DNA from: an uncultured Coriobacteriales bacterium
Lineage (GTDB): Bacteria > Actinomycetota > Coriobacteriia > Coriobacteriales > UMGS124
DNA length: 64,000 bases
NCBI GenBank assembly: GCA_934654475.1
Contig: CAKUFZ010000002.1
Coordinates: 86 to 64,085 of the forward strand
Direction: 5' to 3'
Shown here piece by piece: positions 45,473-52,322 of this stretch. How positions within the stretch are numbered: position 1 is the stretch's first letter; the number at the start of each line of letters is the position of its first letter. The notes under the pieces are model-generated. The model saw only the letters and a program-made list of their open reading frames with translations, had not been told where the DNA came from and made no database searches. Made by a program: the position numbers and the translations under genes.

Positions 45473-46490
45473 ACTCTCCTTTGCGCCGCACGCCCCACAC
45501 GGGGCGCACGCGGGCTATGCGCCTCTTGTCCATAATGTCCACGCAACATGGGCAGGAAGCGAGCCGCGAGGACTCGCCCTCCACGAGAAAGCTGTGACCG
45601 CAGCCACCAGGTGGGCAATCGATGAACCAGCCTTCCACCAAATCCGACGCATCGGATTCAGAACCGCCGGAACAGGCCTCGACAGAAGACGGGTCCACAT
45701 TTGAACAAGCGGTTAGACCTTCATCAAAAGACGAGCCTGCACACGTAGCCAGTGCCGGAGCGTCGGACGCTTGTTCCCCATCGCCAGGTACAACCCGCTT
45801 TGAGGAAGAAGCATTGGCGGCCACACCCAAAGGCTGGATATGAATTCGAAACGAAATGTCGGCCATGCGGAGTGTATCGCCATCATGGATGGGAGAATCG
45901 AAGTCGCGACCAAGGTTGATGCTGCCGTTTGGTGTAAACAAGACGGAGGGGTTGCTGCCGGCATGCATGGCAGACCAGCCGGCGCCATAGGGCTTGAACA
46001 GCACATGGGTTCGGCTGATGTGCGCACAATCGGCAAGAACGTCAGACCCGAAGTCGCCTTCACGCCCGACAAAGCCGCCATGAGGACCGATTTCGATAAC
46101 AGCCCCTGTACTCAGCATTTCGAGAAAGAGCCTGGTCGGAGCATCGCTAGCACGCCCTTGGATCGAAGGCGAAGGCATCGGGCTGGAGGGCGAGAGCACT
46201 TGCCCAGCGCAAGGCGAGGGACGGGATGCCGGCTGAGGCGCCTCATGGGCTCCAGATGACGGGCTTTGGCAGGAAGCCAATGGTGGGCAATCCCAAACAG
46301 GTTCCAATGCCTCGGGCTTATATGGTTGAGACTGAAAACGAGGCTGGGATTGGCACTGGGAAACGGAACCCGGTCCAGATGGTTGCCCCGTGCCAGACGG
46401 GCTTTCTACCTGACGTTCGTTGGAACATACCAGGCAGATGTCTGCCCCATCCGGGTTTTCAGTACCGCAAAAAATGCACGTCCACGCCAT
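45453..46490 (-). CDS. FHA-domain protein flanked by N- and C-terminal zinc-ribbon-like motifs
   Basis: 345 aa with N-terminal WTCIFCGTENPDGADICLVCSNE and a P/S/Q-rich linker. The FHA core is FVGREGDFGSDVL..ISRTHVLF..GSNPSVLF. The C-terminus carries CPPGGCGHSF...CPCCVDIMD. Confidence 0.7.
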   Translation of the reverse strand: MAWTCIFCGTENPDGADICLVCSNERQVESPSGTGQPSGPGSVSQCQSQPRFQSQPYKPEALEPVWDCPPLASCQSPSSGAHEAPQPASRPSPCAGQVLSPSSPMPSPSIQGRASDAPTRLFLEMLSTGAVIEIGPHGGFVGREGDFGSDVLADCAHISRTHVLFKPYGAGWSAMHAGSNPSVLFTPNGSINLGRDFDSPIHDGDTLRMADISFRIHIQPLGVAANASSSKRVVPGDGEQASDAPALATCAGSSFDEGLTACSNVDPSSVEACSGGSESDASDLVEGWFIDCPPGGCGHSFLVEGESSRLASCPCCVDIMDKRRIARVRPVWGVRRKGEFDDARG

Positions 46491-46493
46491 GCC

Positions 46494-47915
46494 TTACTCC
46501 GCCTGCCTCTCGACAAGGTTTTCGTCTTCGTAAAAACCAGTCCTGCGACGGCCCCGTGCTGCCTGTGACGGAACAGTCGACTGACCGCAAGTTTGGAAAG
46601 ACACCGAGTTGGACTCGGAAGCGGGCTTATCAGCCGTCTTATTGAGAACAACTCCGTATTCGGCCAGCTCCTGTGACAGCTGCCCAAAGAGGGTGCAGAA
46701 CTGTTGCTGTTGCATCACAAGCTGACGTCTCTCCCACTCGCCTTGCGCAGCGACTCGTTCGATGACCATACCGTCGGGTCCCTCTGCCAAGCCTGGCCCA
46801 TACGAGGCGGTTTCCATCATCACGGCTCCTTGCTGTGGCGAGACGGCAACGTGAATCGCCGTGCCCTGGCTCTCATCGAGATATAGGGAGTGAGGAAATG
46901 CCCCCTGCGAATTAGCAAGGGAGGCAAGCTGAACCGAGCGTTTGACGTTATAGCCATGACGTGCCATCACCTCGTCGATTGCATGGGCGATATAGGCGTT
47001 TCGTGCCGCGCAATCCGCCTCTTTATACAAGGCGTCGCGAAGCTGAGAAAGCATATCGGCGTCTGTCATTTGCCAAAGAGGAGGCAGGTCCGTCGATTGC
47101 ATGTCGAGGGCGTCGCACCGAGCCTTCAAAGCACGGCACTCGTTGTATAGGTCCTCAACCAGCGCGACCTCTTTACTGAAATGGCTGATGAGGCTTTCCC
47201 CGATATTCAGCCTGCCTCGCATCTCTAGGAGGCGTTCCTCGGGATGGGCCGCATAAGCGTCAGCCGTCGCCTTGAGGTCGTCGACATATTTCATGAGAGC
47301 GGCAAGGTGACGCTCCGAAAGCGCGCCGCTCAAAGCAAGTTGTTGAAACGCCGCCCTCTGCTTGGATGCCCGATCGAGCAAGTCATTCAGTGGCTGCACA
47401 TCACCGGCCGATTCTTTGAGGTCCTGAAGACGCCGAAGGACGAGGTCGACGCTGCTCAGAAGTGGTGTGCATGGCTTAGTTTGCTTGACATCGAGGTTTT
47501 CGACGAACTCCATGGCCCTTTTTGTTCGGTCCTCCTGGCGCAAGTAAGCGCCCTCCGCATCGCGCATTCCAAAGGAGATGTCATCCACGCGCCGCCGAAA
47601 GTCGTCAAGCTCCCCGTTCAGCTTCTTTTCGAGCCAATCGTTGTACTCCACAGCCTCCATGACCTCATCGGGATACTTCTCTGATGCAAGACGCGCGAAC
47701 CGCGCCTCAAGTTGACTTGTCATAGAAACGCATCTTTGAAGTTCATTTTCTCCCCAAGCACCCATTGCCCCAGCACGGCGCATCACACCGTCCGCAATGT
47801 CATGAGCCTTGCGGCATGCGCCTTTGACAATCTTGGTATTGCGGTCACGTTGGGCCTGCAGCTGTGCCAGCCTGTATGACTCAATCTTCATCAACCCAGA
47901 TTTAGGACCGCTCAT
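46494..47915 (-). CDS. Hypothetical protein, first gene of the operon (helical N-terminal half, unknown family)
   Basis: 473-aa ORF that ends 3 nt before the next start. About 380 nt of non-coding DNA and a terminator lie upstream. I recognised no motif. Confidence 0.6.
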   Translation of the reverse strand: MSGPKSGLMKIESYRLAQLQAQRDRNTKIVKGACRKAHDIADGVMRRAGAMGAWGENELQRCVSMTSQLEARFARLASEKYPDEVMEAVEYNDWLEKKLNGELDDFRRRVDDISFGMRDAEGAYLRQEDRTKRAMEFVENLDVKQTKPCTPLLSSVDLVLRRLQDLKESAGDVQPLNDLLDRASKQRAAFQQLALSGALSERHLAALMKYVDDLKATADAYAAHPEERLLEMRGRLNIGESLISHFSKEVALVEDLYNECRALKARCDALDMQSTDLPPLWQMTDADMLSQLRDALYKEADCAARNAYIAHAIDEVMARHGYNVKRSVQLASLANSQGAFPHSLYLDESQGTAIHVAVSPQQGAVMMETASYGPGLAEGPDGMVIERVAAQGEWERRQLVMQQQQFCTLFGQLSQELAEYGVVLNKTADKPASESNSVSFQTCGQSTVPSQAARGRRRTGFYEDENLVERQAE

Positions 47916-48295
47916 GACAAGACCCTTTCATCAAACGGGCGCATCAGCAAAACTTCGTTGCCGTGCCCTTTTGTTTGCCAGGTGAATTGTCGTAGATGCG
48001 ACACGCATCAGAGTCTTACTTGCACAACAGGCATCCCAGATGTTCCAACCAGTCTAATCAAACCAGTTGCCGGAGAAACAAACACTTACACATGCTAACA
48101 GTCCTCAAAGAGACGCCAACTCTTCCAGACTTCTCACCGCCGCAACCTGAAGCTTATGTCCATAGCTCATCTACGGCCTACCGCCATATCCAACCACACG
48201 AGCACCAGGAATGGTACCTTGGGAGTCGGGCTGCATACATGTAATGAAGTCAGCAAAATGAGAGGCCCAATTACCCCGATGTCTTGGAATCAGGA

Positions 48296-48333
48296 AGAAA
48301 AAGGTTCCCCACGACGAAATCATAGGGAACCTT
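48296..48333 (-). terminator. Rho-independent terminator closing the radical-SAM peptide operon
   Basis: Stem aaggttccc (48301-48309) / gggaacctt (48325-48333) with a 15-nt loop. An A-run on the + strand (48298-48302) reads as a T-run after the hairpin on the minus strand. It lies about 75 nt past the 71-aa ORF stop. Confidence 0.65.
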
Positions 48334-48408
48334 TCAGATGGTTCCGCCACTCAGAATGAGCAAGAGTGACTGAGAACCGGCCGGACTGTCACCTAAAGCT
48401 TTGCGCCT

Positions 48409-48624
48409 TTAGTAAAACTTCAGATACTCCTGAATCTTTCTTGCAGCGGAGGCTTCTCCCTTACTCAGGGCGACAGAGATTGCGTCTTCAAGTGCCCGAC
48501 GGGCCACTGTGTCGCCTCTGGAATCATCACCGCATTCATCCGCCTTCAGGATGTAGTGCGAAACAAGATTCCATTCATCAGAGGTCAGCTTTCGTTCAAG
48601 CTCACTAGCAAGGCGCGAGTACAT
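48409..48624 (-). CDS. Small (71 aa) helical protein of unknown function, last gene of the peptide operon
   Basis: The ATG at 48624 is preceded by ggtgga, 6 nt upstream. The sequence is MYSRLASELERKLTSDEWNLVSHYILKADECGDD.... Confidence 0.5.
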   Translation of the reverse strand: MYSRLASELERKLTSDEWNLVSHYILKADECGDDSRGDTVARRALEDAISVALSKGEASAARKIQEYLKFY

Positions 48625-48659
48625 GTTTATCCACCGACCCTCTTCAATCTTGTCTGAGC

Positions 48660-48842
48660 TTATTTACCGACGCAATAGAGCATGCACTTGCTACCGCACG
48701 GCGTTCCGCCACCGGGAACAGAATAAGGCTGACAAATGGTGCTGCACGAGGCGAAACCACTCATTCCAAGCTGGCTAACCATTCCGTAGAAATGCCCAGC
48801 AGAGCCACACGTGCCGTAGGAAGCTTCACGAACGATTTCCAT
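48660..48842 (-). CDS. Candidate RiPP precursor peptide with six cysteines
   Basis: 60 aa from the ATG at 48842 (the ORF track uses the GTG at 48851); aggtg lies 6 nt upstream of the ATG. The sequence is MEIVREASYGTCGSAGHFYGMVSQLGMSGFASCSTICQPYSVPGGGTPCGSKCMLYCVGK. It starts 51 nt downstream of the SPASM maturase stop. Confidence 0.6.
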   Translation of the reverse strand: MEIVREASYGTCGSAGHFYGMVSQLGMSGFASCSTICQPYSVPGGGTPCGSKCMLYCVGK

Positions 48843-48893
48843 AATTTTCACCTTTCGAGCATGCCTTCGAATAAGACTTCTTTGCCGACCCGC

Positions 48894-50180
48894 TTATTCA
48901 CTCCTTTCATTGTGTCGCAGGTTGTCCATATATGAAACGGCATCAAAAACCGCATCATAGGTATAGCGAATGTAAGGACAACGACCATATCCAAAGCCCA
49001 TCGCTAGACCCGCATAGCATCCAGCTTGGCACGACGGAAGATACGAGCACTCCTCACATTCTTGTGGAAGGGCCGGATTTGCCCAGAAATCCATTGCGTC
49101 ATTGAACTCAACGCCTGTTTCCAGTGTCCCCACCAGGTCTCGTTTATCTCCAAGAAAATGATCGCATTTCGAAACGAAACCATCGGGGCCAATACAAAAG
49201 TTATTCAATCCTCTGGCACAGCATGAGGCGTTGTTAAAGTTTAAAGGCAAATCATTGACGCTTGTAATTAGGCCCGAATCAATCATGGCATGGAAAATAG
49301 ATTTGTATACCTCAGTCAATTCCTCTTTTTCAAAACAGGACTTGTCTCCAAGCGTACTGTACAGCGGGGCCACATGTGCCGAGAAAAGCTGCGAGTTGGC
49401 AAATCGTTTGCCGAGCATATGGATGAGTCGAAGAACAGAGGAGTGATTGTTTTTATCCGCGTTTATACGCACAGAAACCGCGATGCCTGCGTCAAGAAGG
49501 CAGTCTATACTGTCAAAAATAGAAGAGAGTGTGTAATCTCCACTCACATAGTTTTTTCGCTTCCCGTACTCACTCTCATCGCCGTCGAGAGAAATCTGTG
49601 CATTGCCCACATGGCATCTTTTGAGTAAATGCGCGATATCATCTGTTACAAGCGAGCCATTACTTATTATATCCGCCGTATAGCCAACTTCTCGTTGTTC
49701 CGCATTCTCAATTAGAGCCTCGGAGATTCGTTCGATAAAATCTGGTCGAAGCAGCGGTTCGCCGCCAAACCAAGTCACGTGTATATGCTTTGCGATTCCC
49801 ATATAACTGGAAATAAACTCGACGAGCTTCGGTTCCAAACTTTCAGGAAACGATTGGGACACAAAATCTTGCTCATAACAATAGGGGCACCGCGCATTGC
49901 AGGCAGTGGTGGGCAAAATCTGAAATGCAGCATTGTCCGTAGAGTAGTTATTCACATACCTAAGCGCTTTGACCTTGCCGAGTTCATTTGTTTCAACCGG
50001 AACAAGAAAGCCATTTTGAACAAAAGCCCCCGCTTCCTCTTGGGTCCACTGTCCTTTCTCAAAGCGTTCATAGCAAGCCGAGTCCAACTTGACAACAGCA
50101 GAAGACACCAGATTGAACATCAGGACTTGGTTTTCATTAATCCGACCAACATGGTTATAAAACGAGCGCTTGTAGTCCAT
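48894..50180 (-). CDS. Radical-SAM/SPASM-domain peptide maturase
   Basis: The radical-SAM cluster motif is TTACNARCPYCYEQ. The C-terminal SPASM-type cysteine pattern is CCARG..FCIGPDGFVSKCDH..CEECSYLPSCQAGCYAG..GRCPY. The start is taken at the ATG at 50180, preceded by gggaga; the ORF track uses the TTG at 50207. Confidence 0.8.
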   Translation of the reverse strand: MDYKRSFYNHVGRINENQVLMFNLVSSAVVKLDSACYERFEKGQWTQEEAGAFVQNGFLVPVETNELGKVKALRYVNNYSTDNAAFQILPTTACNARCPYCYEQDFVSQSFPESLEPKLVEFISSYMGIAKHIHVTWFGGEPLLRPDFIERISEALIENAEQREVGYTADIISNGSLVTDDIAHLLKRCHVGNAQISLDGDESEYGKRKNYVSGDYTLSSIFDSIDCLLDAGIAVSVRINADKNNHSSVLRLIHMLGKRFANSQLFSAHVAPLYSTLGDKSCFEKEELTEVYKSIFHAMIDSGLITSVNDLPLNFNNASCCARGLNNFCIGPDGFVSKCDHFLGDKRDLVGTLETGVEFNDAMDFWANPALPQECEECSYLPSCQAGCYAGLAMGFGYGRCPYIRYTYDAVFDAVSYMDNLRHNERSE

Positions 50181-50329
50181 TCTCTCTCCCGAAAACCATT
50201 CGGACAATTTTTCAAATATAGATTAGGCATTGTCAAACCCTTGCAACACCTCGCAACCGAAATGTCGCGTTTATGTTCCAAGTCGTTGGACATTGAAACT
50301 CGCGCACAATATGGCAATCAGGGACCTCA

Positions 50330-50364
50330 ACAAAAACGCCCTCTTCCAGATTGAGGAAGAGGGC
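50330..50364 (-). terminator. Rho-independent terminator after the 169-aa gene
   Basis: 10-bp stem gccctcttcc (50338-50347) / ggaagagggc (50355-50364) with a 7-nt loop, followed on the minus strand by gtttttgtt. Confidence 0.8.
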
Positions 50365-50438
50365 ATAACTTACAGACCCGACTTTGCAGCTTCTCGTTCC
50401 AAAATTGCCGTCCTTGCGACAGGACAACCCATGAGAAC

Positions 50439-50948
50439 CTATTCCCCACCCAAAAGTTCATCAATGGTCTCGTCGACGCACTGTCTTAGGCTGTCGTAGT
50501 ACATCTGCTCTTCTTCAACTTTTCCAGAATCCGTAGTGAGCCCAGTCACAGCTTTGCGAATCATGCCGCTAAGGCTAAAGCCGTCGGATTGATCCGCAAG
50601 GCGCGTACGTTGCATCCCCTTTGAAACGGCGCCGAGGCCAATACCATTGATTTCTACAACAGCAGCAATTTTGTTGAAACCTACGAGGAACCACGCATAG
50701 TCTGTACCCGGAAACGTGAACTTGACACCAGCCTGTTCCTTCTTTGACAGAAGACCCCCAGTCTCAATCAAGCCATACTCCGCCGCCACTTCGATGCCAC
50801 AGCCATCGCGCATTGCAGAGACTACTGCTTCACCCACCTCCTTGGCAACCATGCTCGGCTGGATGTTTGCTGCTCCCCTATAGCGCCTGGTAAGGAAAAG
50901 ATTGGGATGTTTCGAAAGCTGATCTTTGTAGGAAAATAGTACCGCCAT
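50439..50948 (-). CDS. Hypothetical 169-aa protein (monocistronic)
   Basis: The ORF has ggag 9 nt upstream of its ATG and its own terminator. I recognised no motif. Confidence 0.55.
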   Translation of the reverse strand: MAVLFSYKDQLSKHPNLFLTRRYRGAANIQPSMVAKEVGEAVVSAMRDGCGIEVAAEYGLIETGGLLSKKEQAGVKFTFPGTDYAWFLVGFNKIAAVVEINGIGLGAVSKGMQRTRLADQSDGFSLSGMIRKAVTGLTTDSGKVEEEQMYYDSLRQCVDETIDELLGGE

Positions 50949-51392
50949 TAGAGAACTCCAATCTTTAAACGTCCGATATTAGACTCCGCAAGTGTAGATA
51001 ACTTGAGTACCATCGTGTCATCTCCTTACCAAACGGTAGCTTTGATGTTCCAACCTGAAATTGCATGAATACGCCGCTTGAGACGTTGGATGATATGGAA
51101 GGCAATGAACAAGTCACTGGGACGGCCGGGTGGGGTCAGGGTATTGAGCGAAGTAATTGTTCCTCGTCAGCAGAAAACACAATGAATGACGGTCTACCTG
51201 CTATTATGATAAAAAGTTCATCATCTGCTAGGCAATTCAGGAACTCAAGCGGCACCCGTGCCGCCCATATTCTCAAACCCAGAAGTGTCCTCAGATCGCG
51301 TCACATGGATTTCCGGACAGGACACGGCAAAATATCCTGACGGCTCTTCCTGGCCAGTCTATTACCAGTATGAGAGAAATCGCAACGATGTG

Positions 51393-52124
51393 CTACCTGT
51401 CCATCGTTTGGGACAACCTGTTACGCCAGAAATTGTTGAATGAATCTTGTACTTGATGTCGGCGGCCTCGAGCAACCGGGATGACTGTTCCAGAGCTGAG
51501 ATGTACTGTATCTGAATTGAGGCCGACCACATGGCGAACATTGACGATAAAGCTTTTGTGGCATTGGACGAAAGAAGAGGGGAGCATCTTTACCGTGTCA
51601 GAGAGGCGCATGTATGAGCGGACAGTTTCACCGTTAATGAGATGGAACTCCACAATACGCTTCCAGCTTTCAACATATAGGATGTCAGTTGGTTTAACGA
51701 TACGATCTCCTTGGATGCTGTGAATCAGGAGAGGGCCGATACAGCGTTTCGCTGCATTATAAATCGCCTGGTCAATAATATGAAACAGCTCGTCATCACG
51801 AATGGGTTTCATGAGAAAGAACGAGTCCACGATGTTGCGAACGCGGCCGTACATGCCGCTATGACCTGTAACGTAAACAATCTGAGTGCCATGCTCAGAA
51901 AGCCGAGATTCTTTGACAATCGAAACACCATCGGCGTCGTCTTGCCCGAGACAGATGTCGCAAAAAAGGATATCGATTCCCGAAACACTTCTCAGGGAGT
52001 TCAGTTCCTCGGCACTCGCACATGTTGCGATTTCGAAATCATCGGCTTGAGGATGGCGCGATATGCGCTGCTTTAAATCTTCCGCCTGAAGAGAGTTGTC
52101 ATCGAGTATTGCCAGGCGGTACAA
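51393..52124 (-). CDS. LytTR-family response regulator (REC + LytTR DNA-binding domain)
   Basis: REC features are ILDDNS, ILFCDICL, VYVTGH and LMKPI. The LytTR domain is HLINGETVRSYMRLSDTVKMLPSSFVQCHKSFIVNVRHV. I prefer the TTG start at 52124, with gaagggga 7 nt upstream, which gives a typical 243-aa protein. The ORF-track ATG at 52271 would add 49 atypical residues. Confidence 0.8.
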   Translation of the reverse strand: MYRLAILDDNSLQAEDLKQRISRHPQADDFEIATCASAEELNSLRSVSGIDILFCDICLGQDDADGVSIVKESRLSEHGTQIVYVTGHSGMYGRVRNIVDSFFLMKPIRDDELFHIIDQAIYNAAKRCIGPLLIHSIQGDRIVKPTDILYVESWKRIVEFHLINGETVRSYMRLSDTVKMLPSSFVQCHKSFIVNVRHVVGLNSDTVHLSSGTVIPVARGRRHQVQDSFNNFWRNRLSQTMDR

Positions 52125-52214
52125 AACAGCATCCCCTTCATACGGAAACAGAATCAGAACAGAGCTAAAAAACTGCTGTAGTATAAGGATACTAGAGCAG
52201 GATTCGCCTTTTTC

Positions 52215-52225
52215 GGGGGGGGGGG
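52215..52225. repeat. G11 (C11 on the coding strand) homopolymer upstream of the LytTR regulator
   Basis: Counted directly: tttcgggggg gggggatttg gives 11 consecutive G at 52215-52225. Confidence 0.9.
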
Positions 52226-52229
52226 ATTT

Positions 52230-52259
52230 GTTCCGAACTGTAAGTTTGAGGTTCCGAAC
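52230..52259 (-). promoter_or_regulatory. Candidate LytTR-regulator binding site: two perfect 9-bp direct repeats with a 12-bp spacer
   Basis: gttccgaac occurs at 52230-52238 and again at 52251-52259 (GTTCGGAAC on the minus strand). The 21-bp periodicity places the pair immediately upstream of the C11 tract and the regulator gene. Confidence 0.5.
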
Positions 52260-52322
52260 AGCCATCAACAAGACTCATACCGTACAGAACTTCACGTCAC
52301 GCACATAAAAAGTCAACCAGCA

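Noticed and set aside
50240-50262. Adjacent 10-bp repeats cttgcaacac / ctcgcaaccg upstream of the SPASM operon, considered as a regulator site, with a TTGACA hexamer nearby on the minus strand
   Set aside because: The period is 10 bp, not the 21 bp expected for LytTR sites. The TTGACA has no properly spaced -10 (tatatt is only about 10 nt away). The evidence is too weak to call.
51258-51443. 61-aa + strand ORF in the regulator/169-aa intergenic region, considered as a possible pheromone precursor
   Set aside because: It has no RBS, no hydrophobic or double-glycine leader and no AgrD-like features. It overlaps the 3' end of the LytTR gene on the opposite strand. There is no support beyond being open.
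52125-52271. 49-codon N-terminal extension of the LytTR regulator ORF (ATG at 52271)
   Set aside because: The extension (MLMAVRNLKLTVRNKSPPPEKGE...) is not part of a receiver domain and contains the homopolymer. The TTG at 52124 with a good RBS gives a canonical-length regulator. The long form is kept only as an alternative in the phase-variation finding.
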